Below are positions 40,916 through 50,622 of a stretch of DNA of 64,000 bases, piece after piece. This stretch comes from a virus (lineage: Duplodnaviria > Caudoviricetes), in IMG/VR virus record IMGVR_UViG_3300044706_000051, positions 1,600-65,599 of that record; one strand, 5' to 3'. The notes under the pieces were generated by a model. That model saw only the letters and a list, made by a program, of their open reading frames with translations. It searched no databases and was not told where the DNA came from. A program made the position numbers and the translations under genes. Within the stretch, counting starts at the first letter, position 1; every line of letters begins with the position of its first letter.

Positions 40916-41244
40916 CAGCTCGTCACCCTGGTCATCCAATGGGTAATGTTCTCGTCCTCCAGCTCGGCCTCGACGTCAGGCAGCGGCGGGAGAGCTGTGC
41001 CGACCTTCATCCAGGTGCCGAGCCAGACCGGGTAGTGAGGGTCGCCGCCCTCGAAGATGACCCATACCGGATCGCCGGGATCGAGCGGGGTGATGCCAGC
41101 GATATTCGGCTGCGCCGGCCACGCCCAGTCCGATTCCGACTGCCCGAGCACCTGGGGGATCTGGGCTTTGATCCGCCCAAGGTTCTCCGGGTCATCGACC
41201 TGGGTCACGACGCCCTTGTAGATGCCGAAGAAGTTGATCGGCAT
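40915..41244 (-). CDS. baseplate spike (gp5/gpV/VgrG OB-fold)
   Basis: GIYKGVVT..DDPENLGRIKAQIP...WAWP...GDPVWVIFEGGDPHYPVWLG. Confidence 0.88.
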   Translation of the reverse strand: MPINFFGIYKGVVTQVDDPENLGRIKAQIPQVLGQSESDWAWPAQPNIAGITPLDPGDPVWVIFEGGDPHYPVWLGTWMKVGTALPPLPDVEAELEDENITHWMTRVTS

Positions 41245-42206
41245 CAGCTCACCCCCACCTGCCAGCCGATGCCGGCGGTCGTGGCGATGGTGATGGCTGT
41301 ACCGTTGGCCGGCGGGGTGGTCAGGGCCGTCCCGATGTTGCCGAAGGCCGGGTTGCTGACGCCGCCTGGAATGGTCGCCGCATTCCCCCGTAGGAATTGG
41401 ACGGGCGTGGTGGCGAAGGCCCCGTTCTGAAGGATCAGGACGTAGTACAGGCCGCTGGCCGAGTCCGTCGTGTTCGTGGTGTAGGTGGAGCTGAGGGCGA
41501 ACTGCTTGGTCCCTGTGGACGTCAGCAGGGCGCTGGCGTTGAGGTTGGCCGACTGGGCCACGATCTTGGCTGCCGTCGCCAGGCCGACGTAGAAGCCCGT
41601 CGGAGCCGTCCCAGCTCCCGCTGTGGTGACGGTCAGGCAGACGTTGGTGATGACCGTGCTGTGAGGCAGCCAGAGGGCCACGACGTCGCCGCGCTGGGAG
41701 GTGGTGGCGCTGCCGCCCTGGGCCATGGACGGCCCGAAGTTCCAGTTGATGTACCCGAGGGCCTTCGCCAGGGGCTCGACCGGCTTGACCAGGGACCACG
41801 TTCCCGGCGTCCCGCCAGCCGTACAGACCCAGATGTTGCCCGTCTGGGCGATGACGTAGTCGCCGGTTGCGAACGTTCCCGTAGTTGGCGGGCCGCCGGT
41901 CGTGCCCCCGGCGTAGCGCGACGCCGACGTCGCGCCTGTCAGCGTCGAGCTGAGCCCTCCGGTGAAGGTCTTGGCCCCGCTGATCGTCTCGGTGCCGGCC
42001 AGGTGGACGACGAGGGTGTCGATGGCCCTCAGCCCGATGGCCGTCGTGTTGGCGGCGATGTTGGCCGTGTTCGTTGAAATCGAGACGGCATTCCCCCGAA
42101 TAGCCGTGTCGATCAGATCGAAATTGGCCGACAGGTCGGTGGTGACGTTGACCGTGTCGGTCGGATCAGGCTTGCGGAGGCCGTAATTCGCCGTCGTCGT
42201 CGCCAT
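41244..42206 (-). CDS. fibre-like structural protein
   Basis: MATTTANYGLRKPD, coiled stretch, VVHLAGTETISGAKTF. Confidence 0.7.
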   Translation of the reverse strand: MATTTANYGLRKPDPTDTVNVTTDLSANFDLIDTAIRGNAVSISTNTANIAANTTAIGLRAIDTLVVHLAGTETISGAKTFTGGLSSTLTGATSASRYAGGTTGGPPTTGTFATGDYVIAQTGNIWVCTAGGTPGTWSLVKPVEPLAKALGYINWNFGPSMAQGGSATTSQRGDVVALWLPHSTVITNVCLTVTTAGAGTAPTGFYVGLATAAKIVAQSANLNASALLTSTGTKQFALSSTYTTNTTDSASGLYYVLILQNGAFATTPVQFLRGNAATIPGGVSNPAFGNIGTALTTPPANGTAITIATTAGIGWQVGVS

Positions 42207-43369
42207 CAGTGCGTCCACCCTCCGAAGCCGGCCCAGCTCACATGCGAGGCGTCGTCCCATGTCCAGGGAGCTGCTACTGCCGCCGGCACCGGTACCGACC
42301 GCCTGGCCCAGCCTGAGCGCCACCGGCCGCCGGTCAGCACCGTCGGCGGTGGTGCACCGGTCAGCTCGCCGAAGGGGTCGGTGCGGAGCTGGGTCGGCTG
42401 GCCCGGTCGAGTGAATGAGGGCCAGGCGCCGCGGGTCGCCCGGCCAGTCCGCAGGTACATCACGTAGGAGCCGTCAATCTGGGCGATGTCGTGCTCCACC
42501 TGATGGACGAACCACTGCCCGATGTAGTCGTCGGCCACGTCCTGGATGTAGACCATCGAGCCCTGGGCGACGGCGGCGTCGCCGTCGGCCTCGACGTCGG
42601 CCTGGATCGGGAACCGGCTACGACGCTCGATGCCGGCGTGCTGGGCAAGGGCGGCGCCGGGCGAGTCGGCCACAACATCTGTCTGGATCGCCAGCGGGCT
42701 GGCGCTGTAGCCCGACACGGTCGTGAACAGCTTGCCGGTGCGGGTGTCCATGCCGTGGCTCAGCCGCCGCCGTCGTGTCTCGTCCACGGTCAGGCCAGCG
42801 ATGGGCCGGAACACCTGCACGGTGAGCAGCGGGGCGGTGGTCATGCCCCGGCTGACCAGAGCGGCCGGTGAGAGGAACCGGATCTCGGTCCCATTCACCG
42901 CCAGGACGTAGCCGATCTGATCCGCCAGCCCGAGCATGAAGTCCCAGGCACTGCCGTTGGCGACGGTGTAGGGCCAGACGACATTGTGCGCCTCGACGTC
43001 GGCCGATAGCAGGCTGGAGGTGGCGATGTCCGTCACGATGGTGTCGTAGCTCTGGTAATTCCATGTGTGCTGGATCGCCTGCTGGAGGAACATCGAGGCG
43101 CCGATGCACACCACCTTCATGGTCTGCGTGCCCTCGACGTAGAGCGGCTCGACGTGGTGGACGTAGCCGTAGAAATCCTGCGACACCTCCGTCCGGTAGC
43201 CCCACTGGATGTGAACCGGGGTCATTTCCCGCAGCTTGTCCGGCAACGACGCAGGAGACGCCACGAACGTGGCGACGTCGTGGGCGTTCTCCGTCTGCAC
43301 GATCAGCACGCTGGTCGGGCGCAGCTCTCCCTGATCAGGGATCGTGACGTCAGCGAATACTGGCGGCAT
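42206..43369 (-). CDS. baseplate hub (gp27/late-control D-like)
   Basis: Position between tail-X-like gene and spike; HIQWGY, FYGYVHHVEP, GQWFVHQVEH. Confidence 0.7.
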   Translation of the reverse strand: MPPVFADVTIPDQGELRPTSVLIVQTENAHDVATFVASPASLPDKLREMTPVHIQWGYRTEVSQDFYGYVHHVEPLYVEGTQTMKVVCIGASMFLQQAIQHTWNYQSYDTIVTDIATSSLLSADVEAHNVVWPYTVANGSAWDFMLGLADQIGYVLAVNGTEIRFLSPAALVSRGMTTAPLLTVQVFRPIAGLTVDETRRRRLSHGMDTRTGKLFTTVSGYSASPLAIQTDVVADSPGAALAQHAGIERRSRFPIQADVEADGDAAVAQGSMVYIQDVADDYIGQWFVHQVEHDIAQIDGSYVMYLRTGRATRGAWPSFTRPGQPTQLRTDPFGELTGAPPPTVLTGGRWRSGWARRSVPVPAAVAAPWTWDDASHVSWAGFGGWTH

Positions 43370-43640
43370 CGGGAATCCTCAGCGCTACGCCGGCTTGGAT
43401 GTCGTCAGGAAAGAACACCTGGGGGTTGGCGCGGGCCAGTAGCCACCACAGCCCGGGGTCGCCGTACTCCTGGGCGGCCAGGATGTCGAAGCGGTCACCC
43501 ATCGCAGCAGTGCGGTACTTGTAGGTGACGTTGCGGTTGTCGGACGCACGCTCGAAGAGGACGGCCCACTTGAAGCTGCCATCGGCCAACGTGGCCCGGA
43601 CGCGAACAGCGTTTGTGTACCGAGACGACTGAAGGATCAT
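43350..43640 (-). CDS. LysM-like/tail X baseplate protein
   Basis: GDRFDILAAQEYGDPGLWWLLARANP...IQAGVALRIP. Confidence 0.85.
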   Translation of the reverse strand: MILQSSRYTNAVRVRATLADGSFKWAVLFERASDNRNVTYKYRTAAMGDRFDILAAQEYGDPGLWWLLARANPQVFFPDDIQAGVALRIPDAASIR

Positions 43641-44938
43641 GGCAAGGTCATCGTTCCGAGATCCCCGCTAATCGTTGGATCGTCAGGGAGAATTCCAGTG
43701 AAGTTGTTGTCACTGCTGGAGCTGGAGCTGGAGGAATTCTTCGCCGCCTTCGTTTGCCAGTCATCACCGCTGTAGGTCTTGACGTCGTCCTTGCTGGCGA
43801 AGATGTTCGAGGAAATCCGGTTCATGTTCACCGACACGGTGCAGCGCATCGGAACCATGTCATGGCTGAAGTGGGTGTAGTCCACCGAGAAGCTCTGGAT
43901 GATGCCGTTGAACTGGAAGGCGTTCGGTGTGCCGAGCAGGACGGTCACCGGGCTGAGGATCATGACCGGCCGGTCCTCGCTGATCCCGCAGATCTGCTCC
44001 AGGCAACGGATGTCGGTGAGCACACCGATGTCGCTGCCGTTGATGACCTCGTAGGTCCGGTCGAAGAACAGGTCGAAGGAAATGATCGTGTTCGAGTCAG
44101 CCATTGGGATCTGCGGGTTCGTCTGGGACTCGTCCAGTGAACCGATGGGCAGGATGTTCGGGTTCCCCGAATACTGGAAGGTGATCTCGGCGGGGTTGAA
44201 TTGGAAGAACAGCGAGAAGGGAGACACCCGAGACACGTCACCGCGCAGCGATCCCTCCCGCACGGTGCCGGTGTAGATGTAGGGCGTGTTCTTAGTCGGC
44301 GAGGACACCGAGAACCCGCCGCCGAGGTCGGTCTGGATGGGGACGATGGCGCCCCAGAACGTCGGGCCGGCGAAGATGTCCATCAGCGCCGAGCGCGTCC
44401 CAACCCGGCGATGGCGAGGATCGAACTGGGCCTGCTGCCGGCTTTCCACGAATTCCCGGCTGTACCGGTAGTCGGACTGAGCGAGCTGGGAGGTATCCGT
44501 CGTCGCCGTGGCGGCGATGGGCTGTGTCGCCAGGTTGAGGCCCAGGACATTCGCGACCGTGGTCCGAGCGTCGTTGATGTAGTTCTTGGCCGGGCCGGTG
44601 CCGGCCTTGGCCTGGGAGAAGTCTGGGCTCCACGTAGACCAGGGCGTGAAGTTCTTGCCGCCGCCCGAGATGTCCATCATCGCCTTAGCGTTGTAGGCCG
44701 CGTCGGATAGCAGCCGGTCGAAGTCGTACTGCGAGGAGTGCGCCGGCCGATTGATCTGCCAGATGCCGTAGTCGTTCGACAGGGAGATGGCGTTTTGGCC
44801 GATGCCGCCGCTGGTCCCGCTCTCAGCTCGCGCCACTGCTACGGCAATGGTCAGGTTGCTGGGATCCTTGAGCCCGGCCTGGTAGGCATAGCGGGCGACG
44901 GCCTCGGCCGAGAGAAAGATCGTGGCGTTCTGAGCCAT
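43637..44938 (-). CDS. lysozyme/transglycosylase domain fused to tail-tube initiator
   Basis: AVAVARAESG...DYGIWQIN; C-terminal FFQFNPAEIT...SFDLFFDRT...VDYTHFS.DMVPMRC. Confidence 0.75.
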   Translation of the reverse strand: MAQNATIFLSAEAVARYAYQAGLKDPSNLTIAVAVARAESGTSGGIGQNAISLSNDYGIWQINRPAHSSQYDFDRLLSDAAYNAKAMMDISGGGKNFTPWSTWSPDFSQAKAGTGPAKNYINDARTTVANVLGLNLATQPIAATATTDTSQLAQSDYRYSREFVESRQQAQFDPRHRRVGTRSALMDIFAGPTFWGAIVPIQTDLGGGFSVSSPTKNTPYIYTGTVREGSLRGDVSRVSPFSLFFQFNPAEITFQYSGNPNILPIGSLDESQTNPQIPMADSNTIISFDLFFDRTYEVINGSDIGVLTDIRCLEQICGISEDRPVMILSPVTVLLGTPNAFQFNGIIQSFSVDYTHFSHDMVPMRCTVSVNMNRISSNIFASKDDVKTYSGDDWQTKAAKNSSSSSSSSDNNFTGILPDDPTISGDLGTMTLP

Positions 44939-47493
44939 CAGCCCCCTCCTCCCTTCGCCAGGGCGAGCAGGCGGCTCCGGTCTTGCAAGATCGTCCCGAG
45001 GTAGCGGGCTGTCCGCTCGGCCTCCTCGGGCGTCGCCCTGGCGATCTGGAGGTTGATCTCGATGCGGTGGATGACGATGCTGTTGGCCGCCTGGCGAGAA
45101 CTGAGCGGCTGGCGGCCGGCCGGCATCGGCTGCGGCAACGACTCGGCGCTCCAGGCGTCACCGATCTGCGTACCGCCGGTCGTGCCGGCGATGGCCGTCG
45201 CCTCCTGGTATGCCTGGGCGCCGCCGCGCACGACGGTAGGCGCCCGGACGTCGGGGCTGACGGCCTTGGCCTTGGCGGCCGGTGCCGGGGTGGCCGGGGT
45301 CGTGGCCGGTGCCGTATTGGTCGTGGTCGGGGCCTTGGACACGGCGCCGACGGGCTCGTAGTGCCACGCCTCTCCGAACTGGGCGCCAACGTTAGCGACG
45401 CCGTATTCCTGGGCGTGCTTGTCCAGCCAGGCGTATTCGCTGGGCGGCCCGATGTCAGCGGCCAGGCCCGTCTCATGCCGGCTTTGGCCGACCGGTGCCA
45501 CCGCTGCCGTCCGCTTGCCGGTGAGGAGCTGCCAGCGCAGGTACGCCTGCTCTTCGTGCGAGCGCCAGCCGGAATTGATCCGCAGCCGAGGGTTGGCGGC
45601 GAACATGGCCTGGAGCCGCTTCACGAAGTCGGGGTTGAGGTTGGCGCTGTTGCCGGCGCCCGGTAGCGGACCACCGCCCGGCGTGCTGTAAGGCTTGGGG
45701 GGATGGGCCAGGAGGTCGGCGTCCGAGGGGACGGCATCCCCCTTCGGCCAGGGGTCGCCGAACAGCCCGGAGATCCCACCGATAAGCCCGCCGACTATGG
45801 CACCGCCCGTAGAGGTGATCGGGGCGAAGGGACCGCCCAGCGCGCCGAGCGCCAAGCCGGTAGCTGCACCGCCGGCAGCTCCACCGAGAACCGATCCGAT
45901 CTTGCCGCCGGTTCCCTTCCCACCAATATGACGGCCAAGCCAGCTTCCGCCTATGCCACCGGCCAGCATCAGTCCGCTTGACAGCAGCGTGGCACCTAGA
46001 CCGAGCCCAGCCGTTCCTTCGGCTGCACCGCGAGTCAGAGCGCCGCCAACCGTAGAAAACATTCCCCCGATACCTGCACCGAGACTCTGGGTCAGGCCGC
46101 CGGTACCGGCCTCCTCTGCACCGGCAAAGCCACCAGCCATACCTTTGCCGCCGAAGAACGCCTGGAACTTGAGTTTGGCCTGGGCTGCGAGAAGCGCCAG
46201 GATTAGACCTGACAGAGCCGCCTGAAAGCCCGGAAGTTTTTGTGCTGCGTATTGCAGTCCATTAGCAAGTGGCTTCAGGATGGAGGTCACAGCCTTGATC
46301 ACCGGTACCAGTGACGTCGTGAGTACGTCTACCAGCGCCGAGATCGACTGCCTGAAGTTGTCGATCTGCCGGCCGGTATCGTCGTAGCGCTTCGCCAGAT
46401 CCTTCTGCACCTCAGCCGGACTCTTGCCCTCGGCGCGGGCGATGCCGTACTGCGAAATCAGCGTCATTTGGTCTTCGGTCATGCCTGAAGCGGCCAACGA
46501 CTGGTACAGCGGCGAGCCGGGACGCAGGCCGTTACGGAAGAAGGCTTCGCTGCCCACACCCCGGTCGGCGTAGGCCCCGTAGATCTGCTCCAGCAGGCCG
46601 TTCTGGCCGTACGCCTGGAACCGGCCGCCGGGGGAGGCGTTGATCGACCGACCGCCGATCATGCCCTGGCGCAGAGCGTTGACCGTCTGCGGTGACATGA
46701 AGCCGGCCACCATCTGGGCGGCGCCCTGGAAGTTGGTACCACCCATGACCGCCATCTGGCCGGTCTGGCGCATGACCTGTGCGGCCTGGGCGCCGAGCTG
46801 GCCTTGTGTGCTGCCAAGAAGCCCAAGCTGGGCGAGTGTCGCTGCACCGCCGTACAAGTCCCCGGTACTAGTGAACCCAGGTGTCGGATTGCCGGGTGTG
46901 CCTCGCAAAAACCGCTGCCATGTCTGAGCCTGAGCCTGGCCGCCGTACGTTCCGGTCTGGGCCATAGCGAGACGGGTCGTGACCCGCTCTCGGTTGATGA
47001 CGTTGCCAACCTCGCCACCGATTATGCGAGCGATTTGCGGCAACACCACCGCCAGCTCGATTGCACTGACACGCGGATCCCTGGCGCCTCCACCGCCACC
47101 TCTACCGCCGCCGCCGCCTCCACCGCCGCCTGGTGGTTCCCTGTCCCCAGGCGGGGTAAGGAGAACGCCGCCAGCCCGGGTCGCTGCTGCCTCGCCGGGC
47201 CGCATCACCTGGGGGAAGTTCGCCGGCCGTGAGCCCGTCTTGAACTGCCCCATCGATGTGCCGGCGACGCCGCTCATGGCGCGGGCGTAACGCTCGGCCT
47301 CGTTCGCCAGCGTCTTCATCTGCGTGGTCAGCTCGGCGATACGAGCTTTCACGGTTTGAAGGTCAGACAGCACCTTCGTATCGACCGAGATCATCGGCCG
47401 GTTCCTGGCACCGAACATGTCGCGCAGCCGGCGGCCTGGACCGCCCGGCCCCATGCCGAAGGCAGGCTGCTCAGGAGTGGGCGGTTGAACCAC
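44938..47493 (-). CDS. tape measure protein with M15-type D-Ala-D-Ala peptidase domain
   Basis: Long Gly/Ala-rich helical ORF after chaperones; INSGWRSHEEQ, APVGQSRHETGLAADI, EAWHYE. Confidence 0.85.
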   Translation of the reverse strand: MVQPPTPEQPAFGMGPGGPGRRLRDMFGARNRPMISVDTKVLSDLQTVKARIAELTTQMKTLANEAERYARAMSGVAGTSMGQFKTGSRPANFPQVMRPGEAAATRAGGVLLTPPGDREPPGGGGGGGGGRGGGGGARDPRVSAIELAVVLPQIARIIGGEVGNVINRERVTTRLAMAQTGTYGGQAQAQTWQRFLRGTPGNPTPGFTSTGDLYGGAATLAQLGLLGSTQGQLGAQAAQVMRQTGQMAVMGGTNFQGAAQMVAGFMSPQTVNALRQGMIGGRSINASPGGRFQAYGQNGLLEQIYGAYADRGVGSEAFFRNGLRPGSPLYQSLAASGMTEDQMTLISQYGIARAEGKSPAEVQKDLAKRYDDTGRQIDNFRQSISALVDVLTTSLVPVIKAVTSILKPLANGLQYAAQKLPGFQAALSGLILALLAAQAKLKFQAFFGGKGMAGGFAGAEEAGTGGLTQSLGAGIGGMFSTVGGALTRGAAEGTAGLGLGATLLSSGLMLAGGIGGSWLGRHIGGKGTGGKIGSVLGGAAGGAATGLALGALGGPFAPITSTGGAIVGGLIGGISGLFGDPWPKGDAVPSDADLLAHPPKPYSTPGGGPLPGAGNSANLNPDFVKRLQAMFAANPRLRINSGWRSHEEQAYLRWQLLTGKRTAAVAPVGQSRHETGLAADIGPPSEYAWLDKHAQEYGVANVGAQFGEAWHYEPVGAVSKAPTTTNTAPATTPATPAPAAKAKAVSPDVRAPTVVRGGAQAYQEATAIAGTTGGTQIGDAWSAESLPQPMPAGRQPLSSRQAANSIVIHRIEINLQIARATPEEAERTARYLGTILQDRSRLLALAKGGGG

Positions 47494-47649
47494 TCGAACG
47501 CCTCTCAGCCAGCCGGCACCAGTACCGGCGCTCGCGAACGGTCAGTGCTGCTGAGTCCGAGTGGCTCCAATTCCATGCGCTAGCTAGTAGTCCGTATTGA
47601 AAGTGCCGCAGTTGGTACCAGGCTTCGTGGTGCGTGTTAACGAAAAAGG
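47471..47649 (-). CDS. tail assembly chaperone C-terminal extension, probably made by -1 frameshift
   Basis: WNWSHSDSAALTVRERRYW motif in the -1 frame; CCTTTTTC run at the end of the upstream chaperone. Confidence 0.55.
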
Positions 47650-48485
47650 TCGAAGAGCGTGAGGGCCAGGGGGAATTGCTTTCCGCACACCGGGCAGTCG
47701 ATGTCCATGGTCTGATACTTCGGACCGGGCTGGCCCTCACTGACGAGCTTTAGCAGCTCACGCCGGTCGTGGATGCCCATCTCCCGCACGCCTTCAATGC
47801 CGACCGGAACGCCAGCCTTGTCCTTGACGCAGCGCGAGAGGAGCAGGGAGTTCAGCTCGGGGACGGTCTTGTTAGTAGCGCCGAGCACTGCTTCCTGATC
47901 AGTGCCGATTGCCAGATGGGCCACCAGCTCCCGGCCGTCCTTGGTGGTGTAGGGGAAGGAGCGCTCGAAGCGGTTTTCCAACTCCTTCACCGGGATGTCC
48001 TTGGATAGGTCGTACTGGAGATCAAGCTGTTCGTCACAGGCCGGGCAGTTGACCGTCATTTCCAGCTCGTTGCCGTAGGTGGCCTGGCGGATAGCGATCA
48101 GCAGCATTTCCCGGTCGCCGATCAGCAGCGAGCCCAGCATGTTGTTGTTCGGGTTCTCAAACGGCCCGAGTCTTGTCACGCCCCGCTGGAGCAGAAGCTG
48201 AGTGAAGCGGGCCAGGCTCTTCACCACTTCGGGTTTCGCCAGCGCCTCTTCGTCCACGCCGGTCAGCTCGCGAACGTCGGCCTCGGTGTAGATCTTGCCG
48301 TCAGCCGGATGGATGTATCCGCCCGGCAGGTACACCGAGCAGTCCGGCGGCGGGTCGATCAGCGCCTCGGCGGTGGATGGCGACAGGGCCTTGCGAATTA
48401 CCTCGTTGGCCGCGCCGGGGTCGGTACGGGCGTCGATGGTGGTCCGATCCTGATCGGCCGAGATGATGCTCGAAGTTTGCTCCAT
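47637..48485 (-). CDS. tail assembly chaperone / T4 gp26-like
   Basis: VRELTGVDEE, LLIGDRE.LLIAIRQATYG, CPAC, GPKY, CPVC; between tube and tape measure. Confidence 0.75.
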   Translation of the reverse strand: MEQTSSIISADQDRTTIDARTDPGAANEVIRKALSPSTAEALIDPPPDCSVYLPGGYIHPADGKIYTEADVRELTGVDEEALAKPEVVKSLARFTQLLLQRGVTRLGPFENPNNNMLGSLLIGDREMLLIAIRQATYGNELEMTVNCPACDEQLDLQYDLSKDIPVKELENRFERSFPYTTKDGRELVAHLAIGTDQEAVLGATNKTVPELNSLLLSRCVKDKAGVPVGIEGVREMGIHDRRELLKLVSEGQPGPKYQTMDIDCPVCGKQFPLALTLFDLFR

Positions 48486-48506
48486 GTGGTTCTCCTGTGT
48501 CGTGGA

Positions 48507-49046
48507 TTAGAGCGAGACGGCCCCGGTGCCCGAGGCGACGTCGATGACGAAGCCTTCGTGCTCGATGGTCATGGACTGCATGAGCAGGGCGTTGCCGCCG
48601 GCATCGAAGTCCGAGAACTGGATGCCCGAGGGCCAGCCGTTGAAGATCTGGAAGCGGGCCTTGATCGGCGTCACTCCCATGGTCACCGGGTGATCGAGGA
48701 CGTCGAGCACCATGTCAGCCCGGAAGTCGTTGCCGGCAAAGCCCCGGCCGCCTCCCTGGACGACGTGGAAGATCTCGATGTACCAGGCCCACAGGGCACC
48801 GTCACCGACGGCCACACCGCGCTGGCAGGTCAGGGCGGGGAATTCCGTCTGGCCCGGCATCTTCCGGGTGGTGGTGTTGTTGCCGCCCTCCCGGTAGTTG
48901 ATGGCCGGCGTGTTGGCCGACAGGCCGGTGACGGCCATGAAGCCGAGCTGGAGCATGCCCGAGATCTGGGGCTTGGTGATCGTGAAGCGGAACTTGAAAT
49001 TCCGCAGCGGGTCGGTTGCGAGCGGGTGGACGACGACACCAGCCAT
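48507..49046 (-). CDS. tail tube protein (T4 gp19-like)
   Basis: DPLRNFKF, GF..VTGL, YREGG, KMPG, QRG, GWP, DFDA. Confidence 0.92.
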   Translation of the reverse strand: MAGVVVHPLATDPLRNFKFRFTITKPQISGMLQLGFMAVTGLSANTPAINYREGGNNTTTRKMPGQTEFPALTCQRGVAVGDGALWAWYIEIFHVVQGGGRGFAGNDFRADMVLDVLDHPVTMGVTPIKARFQIFNGWPSGIQFSDFDAGGNALLMQSMTIEHEGFVIDVASGTGAVSL

Positions 49047-49056
49047 CAATTCCTCC

Positions 49057-50544
49057 TTACGCCTGGACGGTCACGGTGGCGCCGACCTCACGCTGGCTCA
49101 GCGTGAAGATGACGAACTCGGCTGGGAACTGGAGCGCCACACCGATCTGGACGTGCACCTCGCCGGCCGCCACTGCCTGGTCGGTGTTCAGCTCGGCGTC
49201 GCACTTGACGAAGAACGCCTCGTCGGCCGTCGTCCCTCGCAGCCCGCCCTGCTGCCACAGGTCGAGCAGGAACCGGGAGATCATCGACTGGAGCACCAGC
49301 CAGAGGCGCTCGTCGTTGGGCTCGAAGATGGCGAACCGGGTCGAGTTGATCAGCGAGCTGCGGATGTAGATCAGCGTCCGGCGCACCGAAACGTACTTGT
49401 CCGAGCCGCTCAGCTTGAGCGTCCGGCCGCCCATGATCACCACGCCGGCCCCCGGGATCTGCCGGATGGCATTGACGTTGGCGGCGTTCAGGGTGTCGAG
49501 GTCGGAGCTGATGAGCTTGCGCTCGACGCCCAACGCCCCAGCGATACGCGTGTTGACGCCGGCCGGCGTCTTGAAGACGCCCCGGGTGGCGTCGGTCTGG
49601 GCGTACTGGCCGACCACTGCCCCGCCGGGCGGGATCGTGACCATGGCCCCCGGCGATGTACTGGCCGGGTCGGCCACTTGGATCCAGGGGTAGTACACGG
49701 CGCCGTAGGAGCTGGCCCCGAGCGAGCTGGCATAAGCCGTGGCGCCGGGGACGTCGGTCCCCTGGGGCGGCGAGGTCACCACGAAGACGTCGCCGCGGTT
49801 GGCGGCGTAGGTGATGGCGGCACCGACCGCCGTCGTGTTGCCCGGAAGGTTGAGCGTCAACGGCACCTCGACGCTGTCGAAGACCGTGAGCGCTCCAGCG
49901 ATGTCGGCCGTACCGCCGTCGTTGCCACCGGTCATGACGGTGCCGGTCTGGACCGCCGGCCGGTTGGCCGGCGCCGCCGTAGCCGTGTGCTGGTCGGTCA
50001 CGGTGATGTACGGCGAGCCACCGGTCGGGCTGTTGATGAGGTTGACGACGTACCGGCCGTCGGTGGGGTCCATCGACAGGTCGAGCCAGCGTTCCACGAC
50101 ATAGGCGTCGGTGGACCCGCCGAGCTTCACCACCAGGGTGAACCGGTCGGTGCCGACGTCCACGACGTCGATGTAGAGCTGCTGGCCCCACAGCCCGGGG
50201 TTGTCGGCGCTGACGAGGAGGGTGTTGATCCCCGGCGCCGTCGAGCGGTCCTTCAGCATGACGCTGGCCGGCAGGGCGCCGGTCCCGACAGCTCTCGCCA
50301 CCCACGCCTCGCGCCCGCCATTGGAGAAAAACTCGTAGAGGGCGTAGGGCAGCAGGTTGGTGGGGCCGGTGAAGCCCCCGAAGTTGGTCAGGTACTGGGT
50401 CCACGACGTGATCCGGGTGGCCGTAACCGGCCCCCGGGGGTTGGCAGCCAGAAATGCGCCGGCTGAGAGGGTGGTCGAAGTTACCGCTTCAGCCGGGCTG
50501 ATCGTCTCTTGGAAGTAGACCCCGGGCCGCTGGTAGCTGGGCAT
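49057..50544 (-). CDS. contractile tail sheath protein
   Basis: RPGVYFQE, GPV...ITSW.QY..FGG, AVYYPWI, GVFKTPAG, YVSVRR, FEPNDE.LW, PAEFV. Confidence 0.95.
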   Translation of the reverse strand: MPSYQRPGVYFQETISPAEAVTSTTLSAGAFLAANPRGPVTATRITSWTQYLTNFGGFTGPTNLLPYALYEFFSNGGREAWVARAVGTGALPASVMLKDRSTAPGINTLLVSADNPGLWGQQLYIDVVDVGTDRFTLVVKLGGSTDAYVVERWLDLSMDPTDGRYVVNLINSPTGGSPYITVTDQHTATAAPANRPAVQTGTVMTGGNDGGTADIAGALTVFDSVEVPLTLNLPGNTTAVGAAITYAANRGDVFVVTSPPQGTDVPGATAYASSLGASSYGAVYYPWIQVADPASTSPGAMVTIPPGGAVVGQYAQTDATRGVFKTPAGVNTRIAGALGVERKLISSDLDTLNAANVNAIRQIPGAGVVIMGGRTLKLSGSDKYVSVRRTLIYIRSSLINSTRFAIFEPNDERLWLVLQSMISRFLLDLWQQGGLRGTTADEAFFVKCDAELNTDQAVAAGEVHVQIGVALQFPAEFVIFTLSQREVGATVTVQA

Positions 50545-50622
50545 CCGTAGCTCTCCTTGTCGATGGAATACAAGGGAGTCCGAATGGGTGCGCCAGTTGG
50601 TTTTCCAAAACCCGAAGGGGCT

